Origin: Candidatus Cloacimonadales bacterium
Lineage (GTDB): Bacteria > Cloacimonadota > Cloacimonadia > Cloacimonadales > JAIOQZ01
DNA length: 64,000 nt
Direction: 5' to 3'
NCBI GenBank assembly: GCA_963662655.2
Contig: CAXXTU010000002.1
Coordinates: forward strand, 672,001-736,000
Both the position numbers and the translations under genes were made by a program. The notes under the pieces are model-generated. The model searched no databases and was not told where the DNA came from. It was given only the letters and a program-made list of their open reading frames with translations. The first letter of the stretch is position 1, and each line of letters begins with the position of its first letter. Of this stretch, positions 18,069 through 28,559 are shown one piece after another.

Positions 18069-19382
18069 TCAGTCCTCTTTTACATATAATGACCAGGCGT
18101 CCCTGCAAAGGTCGCACTGATGATAACGGCAGAAATCGCTGTAAAGCTGGATGATTCCCTGCTGATGCACATTGCTCATTTTACCCGGTGACATCCCGGG
18201 CAGGAATGAACGCATCGTGCGGATCACACGATTCTCGTCAAGCGGCGGGTATTGTCCAAAACTTTTTTCTATGGCCGCCTGTAAATCCTGATACCCTTTC
18301 TGGCGACTGAACAGCAGCATCAGAGGTAAGAGGATGTTGACGATGAGCGCGTCGATCCGCGAAGCTCCCATGTGATATTTTTCCGGAAGCCAGCCTTGAG
18401 AATCGGCAAGCAGTTTTATAATCCGTTCCCGTACAGTGGAAACGCTGAATGAATCGATTGGTTGCGAAAAACATTTCACGAACAGGTGAAACAGTGAGGT
18501 GTCGAAGGAATCCCACAAGAGCTGGGCTACTTGCATCAACCGTAGTGCCGGGTGATTAATCGGGCGTTGCCGAAAGAGCTTCCACTGGATGTGAATTGGG
18601 ATTTCGGCAGGCTCGGCGAGTTCCCGCCATTTCGCGATCCATATCATTGGGTAGGTAGAGGGGAGATGCTCCAGAAGGCCGGCGTTGCCGAGGATTGTCC
18701 CCAGCATGGCGTCGCGGGATTTCCCCTGCGTCTTGAAAGTCTTCAGGAAGTCGTACGGGACGGCTCGTGCAAGCTCGAGCATCTGGAACTTGTTCTTGCT
18801 GTATCCAAGGGATTCCGCGAGCCCCTGCCACAGCACCTGGTCGAAATCGTTGAAGAGGAGTTCGGTCGCGAAGCGGTTGCTTTTTTTTATCAGTCGCACC
18901 ATCCCCAGGTTTTCGAAAAAGGTGTGGGGATCGGTGAGGTTGCCCAGCAATTCGCAGGATTTGTCAGATGGCTCGAATCTCTCATCCGTATAGCGAGCCG
19001 CAAGTTTTTGCAGGGACTCATCCATTTGCCGCTTCAACGGGAGGATGTCGATTTGCCTACCGTTGGGTAAATCTGTTGAATCGCTGGCTGTATCGTGGTC
19101 CAGAACGACGTGCAGAATGACGTGATGGTATGCGGGATTTTCGCTGTGCTTGTGTGAAATCCAGTCGGAGGAGCGAAGATGGATCTCGACATCGCCGTGC
19201 AGGACTTCCGTATCGATCCGGACAACGGCAGCGAGGAAATCGGGGCCTTCGTCCGTGTTCCACTGCCCCGGGAAAAGTACCTCGATCTCCTTTCCGGAAA
19301 CGGTCTTCAGCTTGTGGCGCAGATGCCCCGTATCCCAGATGTGATACAAAAACCGTTCCCGGAAGGAGTGAGTGTTACGCAT
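18069..19382 (-). CDS. DUF2851 family protein
   Basis: PG.WN..GPDF..A...GDVEIHLRSSDW..H.H..NPAY..VILHVV; RP.NHP..R; C-terminal C..HQC..C. Confidence 0.75.
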   Translation of the reverse strand: MRNTHSFRERFLYHIWDTGHLRHKLKTVSGKEIEVLFPGQWNTDEGPDFLAAVVRIDTEVLHGDVEIHLRSSDWISHKHSENPAYHHVILHVVLDHDTASDSTDLPNGRQIDILPLKRQMDESLQKLAARYTDERFEPSDKSCELLGNLTDPHTFFENLGMVRLIKKSNRFATELLFNDFDQVLWQGLAESLGYSKNKFQMLELARAVPYDFLKTFKTQGKSRDAMLGTILGNAGLLEHLPSTYPMIWIAKWRELAEPAEIPIHIQWKLFRQRPINHPALRLMQVAQLLWDSFDTSLFHLFVKCFSQPIDSFSVSTVRERIIKLLADSQGWLPEKYHMGASRIDALIVNILLPLMLLFSRQKGYQDLQAAIEKSFGQYPPLDENRVIRTMRSFLPGMSPGKMSNVHQQGIIQLYSDFCRYHQCDLCRDAWSLYVKED

Positions 19383-19391
19383 GGATATCTA

Positions 19392-22300
19392 TCAAATTTC
19401 CTTGAGGATTTCCTCGATGGCTCTTTCGAGCTGCACATCGTCTTCATCGATGATCTGCTGCGGCGTGGGGTCTACGAAGATGTCCGGCTGAACGCCGTTG
19501 CCTTCCAGGTTCATGCCGTCCAGCGAATACCATCCGTTCTTCGGCATGCGCATGCTGGAGCCGTCCATGAAGGTTTTTTGTCCGGTTCCGATCACCGAGC
19601 CGCTCGTTGGCATTCCGATCACCTTGCCCAGCTTGAGCTCCTTGAAGATGAAAGGGAAAATCTCACCGTCGGAGAAGGCGTTTTGGTCGATCAGCAGCAC
19701 GATGGGCTTATCCCAGAGGTTCCAGGGGGTCTTGTGCAGTCTGTTATTGTAATGGCGCGATGAAGAGAGGGCATACGGCTTGCGTGTCAGCGCTTCGAGC
19801 ACGTAATCGTGGATCCAGCCACCACCGTTTCCGCGGAAATCGAGAATCAGGGCTTCCTTATCGTAATTGAGAACGTAGAGGTCGTCCATGAACTTCTCGT
19901 AGTTGTCCCAGTTCATGCCTGTGACATGGACGTACGCGACGCGATTATCGGTTCGTTCGGCGATGATGTCCGCGCATTCGTAATCTTTGTTTTTCTCGCG
20001 GAGATGGTAATTCGCCCAGATGCTTATGCCTTTGATGCGCGCTTGCTTCACGCCGCCGTCCGTATTGAATTCCAGATCGATCTTTTTGCCAACCTTGCGC
20101 AGAAGCAGGGCTTCGATATCCGTGTCTCTCTCGATCTCGACACCGTTGATTTTGAGGAGGACGTCGCCTTCGCGGATTCCGAAGGGTTCGTAGAGTTTGC
20201 TATCGCGGTAAACCTTCTGTACGCGAATACCGTTGTTCAGTTGATTCCGGTAATCGAGCTCGATGCCGAGGCAAGCCGGAGAGGAGTATTGGAAATTACC
20301 GTCTTCTCTGGGATAGAAACCCGTGTGGGATGCGTTCACGTCTCCGATCATCTCTTCGACGATCAAGCCGAGCATGTCCGGCGTAATGGCGTATTGCGTA
20401 TAAGGCTTATACCGCTTGTAGGCATCGTCCCAATCGACACCGTGCATGTCAGGTGTGTAGAATCCGTGACCGAATTCTTCCCATACTTGCTCGAAGATAC
20501 TCTGGTTCAGTTGATGGTTGTTCCAGGTGTACTGGAGACTGTTCTTCACGAGTTCTGAGCTCTTCGAAGAGGGATCATAGCTGGAGAGTGTCGTTCCGTC
20601 CTTGAAAAAGAATTTACCGGGGTTCTCGTAGTAGACGATGTCGCCGATTCCTTCGCCGATGTCGCCGATCTTCTCGTCTTCTTCACCCCTGGAATCGGAT
20701 TTCCTCAGGGTGTACTTGTCATCCAGGATGTTGCAGTAGTAGAAGGTGGAGTCATCGATCACGTGGACGACGATGTTGTCGCCGCGACGCTTGATGATGA
20801 GCGCCTGGCGGTTGCGAATATCATCCAGCTTGTATTGAACCGGCGTCTTGCCCGATTCCTCATCCTCGGCATCCTCGTCTTCGGAATCGTCATCCGTTTC
20901 GGGATCGAGGATATCCTTCCAGGGGTCTTCCTGCTGGTAGTAATCGTCCTTGGGGAAGAGATCGAGGCGGTAGATATCGGAATCGCGGGTGTAGTAGGCG
21001 GTTTTGCCATCCAGTCCCCACTTGATTGCGTATATGTATTCGCGCAATGTCATGAGAGTCACGTCTTTCTTTTCCTGTAGATCGTACAAGTGAAACTCGC
21101 TGTAATAAAACTCTTCTAACGATTGCGTGTAAATAAGGTAGCGTTCGTCAGGACTGAGGCCCGAAACGCTCTGCACCGAGCGCTCGACGATCACGTCGAT
21201 ATCGCTGAGGGCGCTGTCGGCCAGCGCGAGGTAGTTTCGCTTGTCTTCGATGGAGAAGGAAATCAGAAGCTGGTTGTTCGCCAGACGCTTGATTTGATTG
21301 ATATATCGATCTTTGCTCCAGCGAATGTGCTCGGTCTCGCCGGGTGTTTTCACGCTGGTCTTGTAAAGCTGGGGGAGACCTTCATTGTACGAGATGTAGT
21401 AGACCGTCGTGCCGTCGTTCATCACGACGATGTCGTCGATACCGGCCTGATTTTTCGTGAGCTGCATCACGTCTCCGCCGGCGAGAGGCATCGCGAAGAG
21501 GTCGTAGGCCACGCTGAAAGCGATGAGCTTGCCGTCGGGAGATATCCCGTATTTTTCGAAGCAATTGTTGTATGCTCTGGTGACCTCGAACGTATCGTAG
21601 AACTGCTCTTTGATCTCGATCGGGACTGCCGCGGTTTTGCCGGTCTTGGGATCGTAGGTTTCGAGATGATCGAACAGCTCGTACACCATGCGATCGTTAT
21701 CGTGCGCGATTGAAATGTCTCGGGGCGACCAGTGGTCGTAGCTGGTAAGCTGCTCGCGCTGGCTCAAATCGCTGATCGGAGCCTTGAAGAGTTGGAAGTT
21801 GTCTCCGTCGGAGTAGGAGAAATAGACCACATCCTCGGTCTTCGAGCAGACCGGGTAACGCTCCGTAAGTTGGGTGTCGGTTAGGCGTGTGTATTCTTTC
21901 GTCTTGGTATCGATTTTCCAAAGTTCGCCGTTGATGCTACCCTCGTATTTCTCGCGGAATGCCTCCCCGCGGTCGCAGTAGATGATCGCGTCGCCGTCTT
22001 TGGTGAAACTGGCGAAATTCCCTCCGTAACCAGCGAATACCTCAGGGCGTCCGCCGTCGATGTTCACACGGTAGAAAGTCTGCCAGGACTTGCTTCCCTG
22101 ATAAGCGAGAAGCAGCGATTCGCTGTCCGGAAACCAGTCGATAACGAAGGAAATTCCGGTCGAAATCCTTTTCGCGGTTCCGCCGTCGGATGGAATAATG
22201 TAACTTGCCGGGTATCCCTCAAAAGTACTCTGGAAGGCGATCCATTTTCCATCGGGTGAGTAGACGGGCTCCATTTCCTTTCCTTCCGTGGAGGTGAGCC

Positions 22301-22466
22301 TTTTCGCGTCGCCGCCGGCAAAGGGGACAGACCAGAGGTCGTCCATGTAAACGAAGCAAACCGTTTCACCGTCCGGTGAAATTGCCGGATCGACCATAAA
22401 ATGAGGTTCGTATGCGGATAATACATTCAACACGAGCACGATAGCAATCATCAGGTTCCATTTCAT
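19392..22466 (-). CDS. S41 family tricorn-like protease (PD40 propellers, PDZ, S41 domain)
   Basis: PAISPDG/YSPDG repeats, NASHTG, ILDFRGNGGG, AFSDGEIF, LEGNGVQPDI. Confidence 0.88.
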   Translation of the reverse strand: MKWNLMIAIVLVLNVLSAYEPHFMVDPAISPDGETVCFVYMDDLWSVPFAGGDAKRLTSTEGKEMEPVYSPDGKWIAFQSTFEGYPASYIIPSDGGTAKRISTGISFVIDWFPDSESLLLAYQGSKSWQTFYRVNIDGGRPEVFAGYGGNFASFTKDGDAIIYCDRGEAFREKYEGSINGELWKIDTKTKEYTRLTDTQLTERYPVCSKTEDVVYFSYSDGDNFQLFKAPISDLSQREQLTSYDHWSPRDISIAHDNDRMVYELFDHLETYDPKTGKTAAVPIEIKEQFYDTFEVTRAYNNCFEKYGISPDGKLIAFSVAYDLFAMPLAGGDVMQLTKNQAGIDDIVVMNDGTTVYYISYNEGLPQLYKTSVKTPGETEHIRWSKDRYINQIKRLANNQLLISFSIEDKRNYLALADSALSDIDVIVERSVQSVSGLSPDERYLIYTQSLEEFYYSEFHLYDLQEKKDVTLMTLREYIYAIKWGLDGKTAYYTRDSDIYRLDLFPKDDYYQQEDPWKDILDPETDDDSEDEDAEDEESGKTPVQYKLDDIRNRQALIIKRRGDNIVVHVIDDSTFYYCNILDDKYTLRKSDSRGEEDEKIGDIGEGIGDIVYYENPGKFFFKDGTTLSSYDPSSKSSELVKNSLQYTWNNHQLNQSIFEQVWEEFGHGFYTPDMHGVDWDDAYKRYKPYTQYAITPDMLGLIVEEMIGDVNASHTGFYPREDGNFQYSSPACLGIELDYRNQLNNGIRVQKVYRDSKLYEPFGIREGDVLLKINGVEIERDTDIEALLLRKVGKKIDLEFNTDGGVKQARIKGISIWANYHLREKNKDYECADIIAERTDNRVAYVHVTGMNWDNYEKFMDDLYVLNYDKEALILDFRGNGGGWIHDYVLEALTRKPYALSSSRHYNNRLHKTPWNLWDKPIVLLIDQNAFSDGEIFPFIFKELKLGKVIGMPTSGSVIGTGQKTFMDGSSMRMPKNGWYSLDGMNLEGNGVQPDIFVDPTPQQIIDEDDVQLERAIEEILKEI

Positions 22467-22478
22467 AAAAAAATCCTT

Positions 22479-25190
22479 TTAGTATGTAATTTCTTGTACT
22501 TGCCGATTCTTATGCAATAACTGTGCCTTGATTAACTGTCCTTCACCGAAACCGAAGTGAAGAAACTGGCTGTTCTGGGAAGTAGTACCCTTCGCGCTGG
22601 ACAGCTCTCTCATGATCCGGTATTTACCGATCTGTGGATCGTTCACGGTCAGCACGATGCGAGCGCCGAGAAGAGGGGAATTCGGCAGAAAACGCTTCCA
22701 TCCGCTTTGAGGGACCATCGCGGGGGTGTTCTCATTCCAGAAAGGCTTGAACGATATCGAACGGTTCGGATTCCGGGTAACGTTATGGAAAAGCTTCACG
22801 CCGCTCCCGCTGCCCACACAGATATCCAGCCGACCGTCAAGGTCGATGTCCGCAACGGCGTTACCCCAGCCGTTGTAGACCCGGCAACCGCTGAGCCAGG
22901 TGATGTCTGAAAACGTTCCGTCGCCGTTGTTACGGTACATGTAGGAACGGTCGTTTTGGTAGATCGAGGTGATGTAGAGATCGAGGTCTCCGTCGTTGTC
23001 GGCGTCGAACCATGTCGGATCCGAGTGAAGCTCGTCGTAGGCGATACCGGCCTCTTCGGTCACGTCGGTGAATTGGGTGTATTCAATCGTTTCTCCGTCG
23101 ATCACGCGCCAGGTCTTGCCATCGTTGCGGAAGAGGACGCTGATGTCCGAGAATTCGATGTAGCGCGGATGGGCGAGATTCGCGATGAAGAGGTCGAGGT
23201 CTCCGTCGTTGTCGTAGTCGCCCCAGTCGGCCCCGATGCTATGCCCGTACCATCCATCGACGTTGTTTCCCGCAAGACCTTCCAGCGCGGCTATGTCGGA
23301 TAGCCTGCCGGTCTGCGGGTCGTAATCGAACAGAAAATTCCGGTCCAGCCGGTAGTTGCAAACCAGGATTTCCTGAACACCGTCGTTGTCGTAATCCGCC
23401 GGCGCAATGCCTCGTCCCGCCTGCGCGTTCAAGGAATCGTCGTACATGGTGCGGATTCCTATGATTTCGCTGGTATCGATGAGATTTCCGCGGTTGTTGC
23501 TGAAGAAGAAGTCGGGGAGACCGATGTATTTCCCGCCGATCTCGTAGCTGGCGAGATAGAGCTCGGGGTAGCCGTCCAGATCGAGATCCGTCCACGCGGC
23601 TCCCTCGGTGGGGTAGGGGTCGCTGATTGTCGTGTCGGCCTCGGGGAAGAATCCCGTCCCCATCGCCTTGTATAGGACGTCGGATGGCGCTTTGTCCGCG
23701 TGGGACGTCACGGCGATATCCAGATACCCGTCCATGTTGCAGTCGGCCCACAAGCCGCCCGATGCTCCATTGGGTTGCAGACGTGATTTCTCGGTGACAT
23801 CGGTGAAGGTCATGTTGCCGTTGTTCCGCCAGAGTTTCCTGCCGGAGAGGAGCAAATCTTCGTCGCCGTCGTTATCGAAATCTCCAAAGGCAACGCGCGA
23901 TTCACGGCTTTCGGAGAGGCCGGCCTCGATGGTGATGTCCTCAAAAACGATATCGCTGTAGCCTGCGATGTTCCGCGCCCACAGCATGATGTCGGACTCG
24001 ATCCCGAGTTCCTTGTGGATATCTTCGAGGATATCGAAAGCCTTCTCGTCGTATCGTTTACGTGGCGCGCCCAGAGCCAGGCATTGAATGAGTTCTGACG
24101 CTGCTTCGAGCTTTGTGTCGCCGTTTCCGCTCATTGCGAGTAACCGTCCCTTCCAGAAGGCGACCTCGGCTTGTTCGCCTGCGTCGTTGTTCTTGTAATG
24201 GATGGCTTGCAGCGCTTCAACGGAGCGGCGGATGTTGCCTTCGATCTCGTCCTGGGCAATCAAATCGTACTTCAATCGCAAATAGGTAAGTGTCGCCTGG
24301 AGGAGTGTGGCTTTTCTGCGAAAGTCCTCCGGGGAAAGATTTTGATACATGAAGCGGACGCTGTCCCGGTTCGAAAGCGATTCGAGAATCTGGTTGTTCA
24401 TGAACTCCGCCTGATCCAGAAATCGCCTCAGCGCGCTTGGATCGTCATCGGCGGCCAGGTAATCCAGAAGATCGCCGTTCAGCATGGCTCGAACGGATGC
24501 GTAACGACGGATATTGCTCGTTTGTCGTATGCTCGAAAGCGCGTCGATCACCTGTGCGTACTGCTTGAGGTTTGTCATCGCCGAAACGCGAAAGTACTCG
24601 AGCGATGGCGTCCACTCTGATTCCGGGAGGATTCTCAGGAGGCGATCGATCATCTCGATGCGTAGGCTGTCGTTGCGCTCTACGGCGATCGCGTCCACCT
24701 TTTCTTTAGCGAAATCGGCGAGAATCTCGTTCGCGGTTCCGTATGCCGAAAGGAGTTTCTCGATCCGGAGTTCGCGCAGGGAATCCGGCAGCTCTCTCTC
24801 CATCGCCAGGATGAGCGTTTGGGAGATGTCCTCGCGTGAGAATTCGATGTCCCGCAGGAAGTCGCATTGCGCCCGGTATTCGTCGTTGTTCAGATCGAGA
24901 TGGATATACTGGTATGCAGCCGGGAGGTCGTGCAGCGTCTTGGCCTTCTGGAAGAGCATGCGCGAGTAAGAGATTGTATCGCCCTTCGCGCGGTAGTAGT
25001 CCATGAAAACGGTGTAGAAGTATGGATTGTCTGCCGATTCTTGCATCATGATCGAGACCGGATCGATATTTCTTTCGAAGATATGCCACAGTTCTTTCTG
25101 ATGAATGAAACGCAAATCATCCATGTTCAAGGACGAAAGCGTCGAGCCCGTGAGCAGAAGCAGACCAATGATGAGGACGTATGTTCGCAT
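22479..25190 (-). CDS. Secreted FG-GAP/VCBS repeat protein, CRTAC1/ASPIC-UnbV-like
   Basis: Multiple GDFDNDGDEDL / DYDNDGDLDL repeats; C-terminal SQNS..LHFGFG. Confidence 0.8.
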   Translation of the reverse strand: MRTYVLIIGLLLLTGSTLSSLNMDDLRFIHQKELWHIFERNIDPVSIMMQESADNPYFYTVFMDYYRAKGDTISYSRMLFQKAKTLHDLPAAYQYIHLDLNNDEYRAQCDFLRDIEFSREDISQTLILAMERELPDSLRELRIEKLLSAYGTANEILADFAKEKVDAIAVERNDSLRIEMIDRLLRILPESEWTPSLEYFRVSAMTNLKQYAQVIDALSSIRQTSNIRRYASVRAMLNGDLLDYLAADDDPSALRRFLDQAEFMNNQILESLSNRDSVRFMYQNLSPEDFRRKATLLQATLTYLRLKYDLIAQDEIEGNIRRSVEALQAIHYKNNDAGEQAEVAFWKGRLLAMSGNGDTKLEAASELIQCLALGAPRKRYDEKAFDILEDIHKELGIESDIMLWARNIAGYSDIVFEDITIEAGLSESRESRVAFGDFDNDGDEDLLLSGRKLWRNNGNMTFTDVTEKSRLQPNGASGGLWADCNMDGYLDIAVTSHADKAPSDVLYKAMGTGFFPEADTTISDPYPTEGAAWTDLDLDGYPELYLASYEIGGKYIGLPDFFFSNNRGNLIDTSEIIGIRTMYDDSLNAQAGRGIAPADYDNDGVQEILVCNYRLDRNFLFDYDPQTGRLSDIAALEGLAGNNVDGWYGHSIGADWGDYDNDGDLDLFIANLAHPRYIEFSDISVLFRNDGKTWRVIDGETIEYTQFTDVTEEAGIAYDELHSDPTWFDADNDGDLDLYITSIYQNDRSYMYRNNGDGTFSDITWLSGCRVYNGWGNAVADIDLDGRLDICVGSGSGVKLFHNVTRNPNRSISFKPFWNENTPAMVPQSGWKRFLPNSPLLGARIVLTVNDPQIGKYRIMRELSSAKGTTSQNSQFLHFGFGEGQLIKAQLLHKNRQVQEITY

Positions 25191-25252
25191 GTGTTTTCTC
25201 CAAATGCATCGTAACCGGTTATGGGAAGAGAGATACTCTATAAAAAAACAAA

Positions 25253-25272
25253 AGGCGGTTCGAAAACCGCCT
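25253..25272 (-). terminator. Intrinsic terminator after the ferredoxin gene
   Basis: AGGCGGTT/AACCGCCT stem, T-rich tail on the minus strand. Confidence 0.65.
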
Positions 25273-25298
25273 CATGTCAATTTTTTTTTAATTCAGGA

Positions 25299-25472
25299 TC
25301 AACCGCCGTTTCCGCGTATCGCGTCCACCGGGCAGATTTCCTGACATTTTCCGCAATCGATACATGAATCTGTGATTTCGTGCATCCCGTCGCCTTCAAT
25401 AATTGCCGAGACGGGGCATACGTCGACACATTCACCGCAGTTTACGCATTCTGATGTTATCACAAAGGGCAT
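25299..25472 (-). CDS. 2[4Fe-4S] ferredoxin (57 aa, absent from the ORF track)
   Basis: Manual translation MPFVITSECVNCGECVDVCPVSAIIEGDGMHEITDSCIDCGKCQEICPVDAIRGNGG; two CxxCxxCxxxCP motifs; GAGGA RBS. Confidence 0.93.
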   Translation of the reverse strand: MPFVITSECVNCGECVDVCPVSAIIEGDGMHEITDSCIDCGKCQEICPVDAIRGNGG

Positions 25473-25481
25473 AGGGTCCTC

Positions 25482-26036
25482 TTAGATTTCCATAATCTCT
25501 TTTTCTTTGTGATCAGCAGACTCGGAAGTCTTCTCGATCCATTTATCCGTCAGTTCCTGAATGTCGGTGAGAACCTTCTTCTCATCGTCTTCAGTAATTT
25601 CACTATTTTTCTTCATCTTTTTGGCCGTTTCATTGCCATCTCGACGAATATTGCGAACCGATATCTTGGTATCTTCCGCAAGCTTGCGAATCTGTTTCAC
25701 GATATCTTTGCGCTTCTCTTCGGTAAGTTGAGGGAAGGGCAGGCGAATCACATTGCCATCGTTGTCGGGCGTGATGCCAAGATTGGCAGCCAGAATTTCT
25801 TTTTCGATGTCGCCGAGGGTCGTTTTGTCCCAGGGCTGAATCACGATCAAGCGCGGCTCGGGTATCGAAATATTACAAAGCTGTTTGATAGGTGTCGGTG
25901 AACCGTAGTAGTTTACCTTGATATCATCGAGTATCGCGACACTTGCTCTTCCTGTGCGAAGCTTGCTGAATTGATGGAGAAGGCTTTCGTGCGTTTTCTG
26001 CATCTTCAGTTCAAGTTCTTTTTTCAGCTTTTCCAT
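25482..26036 (-). CDS. frr: Ribosome recycling factor
   Basis: LRTGRAS, YYGSPTP, IQPWDK, P.LTEE.RK, RNIRRD. Confidence 0.96.
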   Translation of the reverse strand: MEKLKKELELKMQKTHESLLHQFSKLRTGRASVAILDDIKVNYYGSPTPIKQLCNISIPEPRLIVIQPWDKTTLGDIEKEILAANLGITPDNDGNVIRLPFPQLTEEKRKDIVKQIRKLAEDTKISVRNIRRDGNETAKKMKKNSEITEDDEKKVLTDIQELTDKWIEKTSESADHKEKEIMEI

Positions 26037-26055
26037 ATCTTACTCCTGTTTCCTG

Positions 26056-26775
26056 TTACGGATGAATAAAGGTACCCATCGTCTTAGACATTATCGCCTT
26101 CTGGAGACTTCCGGCCTCGTTGATGTTGAACACCTTGAGAGGAATCTCGTAATCACGGGCAAGCGAAAACGCCGTCATGTCCATTACCTGAAGCTTGCGA
26201 GCGAGAATCTCGTCAAAGGTAATATCGGGAATGAATTCTGCATTGGGATTCTTCACCGGATCGTCGCTGTAAACGCCATCGACTTTCGTGCCCTTCATCA
26301 CCAGATCCGCGTTGAGCTCCGTTGCACGGAGGACGGCCGCAGTGTCCGTGGTGAAGTAGGGATTACCTGTTCCGGCGCAGAAGATACAAATCTTGCCTTC
26401 TCGGAGGGACTTCTCCGCCCGATCGTGCGTGTAGAACATCGCTACCTTGTCCATCTGTACGGCAGAATAGATATCGGCGTGGTAGTTGCGATTGCGAAGA
26501 TACTCGGCGAGAACGAGCGCGTTCTGAACCGTCGCCAGCATTCCGATGTGGTCTGCCGTGACGCGCCGCACTTCGGCGTCCGCCTGGCCGCCGCGGTAGA
26601 TGTTTCCACCACCGAGAACCAGCCCGAGGCTGAGGCCTTCACGACGAACCTGAATGATATCTTCGGCAATACGAACCAATACGTCGTTATCGTAACCGAA
26701 AGACTTACCGCCGGCGAACACTTCTCCGCTGACTTTGACTATTACGCGATGTACTTTTTCCGGTGAGTAATTCAT
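26056..26775 (-). CDS. pyrH: Uridylate kinase
   Basis: KVSGE, GGGNIYRG, GTGNPYFTTDTAA, KVDGVYSDDP. Confidence 0.96.
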   Translation of the reverse strand: MNYSPEKVHRVIVKVSGEVFAGGKSFGYDNDVLVRIAEDIIQVRREGLSLGLVLGGGNIYRGGQADAEVRRVTADHIGMLATVQNALVLAEYLRNRNYHADIYSAVQMDKVAMFYTHDRAEKSLREGKICIFCAGTGNPYFTTDTAAVLRATELNADLVMKGTKVDGVYSDDPVKNPNAEFIPDITFDEILARKLQVMDMTAFSLARDYEIPLKVFNINEAGSLQKAIMSKTMGTFIHP

Positions 26776-26777
26776 GC

Positions 26778-27374
26778 TTACGCCTCGCCTAAGGACCAGC
26801 GTACGAAACGTGCGACCTGGATGTTCTCTCCGAGTTTGGCGACTGCGTCGGTTACGATGTTCCCAACGGTCTTGTCAGGGTCCTTTACGAATTCCTGTTT
26901 GAGGAGGCAGTGCTGCTGTTTGTACTTGGCAACCTGGCCTTCCACGATGCGATCGACGATGTTCTCAGGTTTGCCTTCGTTGAGGGCCTTGTTGCGATAA
27001 ATCTCGGCTTCCTTTTCGATGAGAGCCTGATCGAGACCGTTCTCGTCAACTGCCAGTGGGTTGGTCGCGGCGATGTGCATCGCGATGTCCTTGCAAAGGT
27101 CCTGGAAAGCGTCGGTGCGTGAAACGAAGTCTGTTTCGCAGTTGACTTCGACCAGCACGCCGATCTTGCCGTTGGTGTGAATGTATGAGTAGATCAAACC
27201 TTCGCTTGTCGAGCGTTCGGCTTTCGCCTCGGCTTTGCTGATGCCCTTTTCGCGGAGGTATTTGATCGCCTTTTCCATATCGCCGTCGGAGTGGGTAAGG
27301 GCCTTTTTACAGTCCATCATTCCAACGCCGGTTTTCTCTCTTAATTCTTTTACCATTTGTGCTGTAATGTTCAT
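26778..27374 (-). CDS. tsf: Elongation factor Ts (short, 198-aa form)
   Basis: VKELREKTGVGMMDCKKAL, EVNCETDFV, KLGENIQVARF. Confidence 0.96.
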   Translation of the reverse strand: MNITAQMVKELREKTGVGMMDCKKALTHSDGDMEKAIKYLREKGISKAEAKAERSTSEGLIYSYIHTNGKIGVLVEVNCETDFVSRTDAFQDLCKDIAMHIAATNPLAVDENGLDQALIEKEAEIYRNKALNEGKPENIVDRIVEGQVAKYKQQHCLLKQEFVKDPDKTVGNIVTDAVAKLGENIQVARFVRWSLGEA

Positions 27375-27447
27375 GAATCCCCCATTATCAATAAGGATAT
27401 GTTTTATAATTTCAAAGGTTCCGCTCTTGGGCGGATATTATACAAAA

Positions 27448-27468
27448 GGGAGAGACAGCGTCTCTCCC
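27448..27468 (-). terminator. Terminator-like hairpin between rpsB and tsf
   Basis: GGGAGAGAC/GTCTCTCCC stem, TTTT on the minus strand. Confidence 0.6.
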
Positions 27469-27475
27469 TCAAGGA

Positions 27476-28396
27476 TTATTCGCTGACCTCAACAGGCGTG
27501 TCTTCACGCTTTATGCGCTTGGGCTTGACTGTTTTCTCGCGAGGTTTCTTCTCTTCTTCGTCTTCTTCGTCCGTTTTCTTGCGGGCACGCTTTTTCGACT
27601 TGTCATCCACATCTTCGGAATCGATTTCGACTTCTGTTTCTTCCGATTCTTGGCCAAGAAGCTCGGCGGCTGAATCGGGCATTTCCGCTGCGTCGATAGC
27701 GCCTTCAGCGCTAATCTGACGACCTTCGAGAACAGCTTGTGACATGATTCCGGCGATCAGGTGGATCGCGCGGATCGCGTCGTCGTTCGACGGGATCACG
27801 TAGTCTATTGGATCCGGATCGCAGTTGGTGTCGACCATACCCACGATTGGGATACCGAGGACTTTCGCTTCGTGTACGGCAATTTCTTCGTTCATCGTAT
27901 CGACGATGAATACAGCGCCCGGCAGGCGATCCATGCCACGGATACCGCCGAGTGATTTCTCGATCTTGTCGTGCTTGCGGCGCATGCGGGTCGCTTCAAG
28001 CTTGGTGAAGTTCTTGATCGTACCGTTTTCTTCGATTTCTTCGAAGTATTCCATGGTCTCAACGCTGTTGCGGATGGTCTTCATGTTGGTGAGCATTCCG
28101 CCGTACCAGCGATTGTTTACGAAGAAGGCGCCGCATTTCTTGGCGCTTTGCTCGACGGCGTCGGCAGCTTGCTTCTTCGTTCCAACAAAGAGGATGTAAT
28201 CGCCCTTCGCCGCTGTTTCTTTCAAGAACATGTAGGCTTCGTTGATGGCATCCACGGTCTGCTTGAGATCAAGGATGTGAATACCGTTTCTCTTTATAAA
28301 GATGAACTTCTTCATCTTGGGGTTCCACTTGTGAGTCTGATGACCGAAGTGAACACCTGCTTCCAGCAATTGTTTCATGCTGACTACTGACATCAT
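27476..28396 (-). CDS. rpsB: 30S ribosomal protein S2 with charged C-terminal extension
   Basis: MKQLLEAGVHFGHQT..WNPKM, FVGTKKQA, VDTNCDPD..DYVIPSNDDAIRAI; AAAGGAG RBS. Confidence 0.96.
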   Translation of the reverse strand: MMSVVSMKQLLEAGVHFGHQTHKWNPKMKKFIFIKRNGIHILDLKQTVDAINEAYMFLKETAAKGDYILFVGTKKQAADAVEQSAKKCGAFFVNNRWYGGMLTNMKTIRNSVETMEYFEEIEENGTIKNFTKLEATRMRRKHDKIEKSLGGIRGMDRLPGAVFIVDTMNEEIAVHEAKVLGIPIVGMVDTNCDPDPIDYVIPSNDDAIRAIHLIAGIMSQAVLEGRQISAEGAIDAAEMPDSAAELLGQESEETEVEIDSEDVDDKSKKRARKKTDEEDEEEKKPREKTVKPKRIKREDTPVEVSE

Positions 28397-28559
28397 TTCT
28401 CCTTTGATACGGTTTCTTCCAGGAAAAGGATTTCCGCAATACAATCCCCGTTCAGAGGGACACCGCTTTGCAACTCCCTTTCCGACTCTTTGTTCGTATT
28501 AACGCTTGAAAAGACTGGTCAATCCGCCGCAGGCATGCCGCAGCGAATCCAGCTACGTA

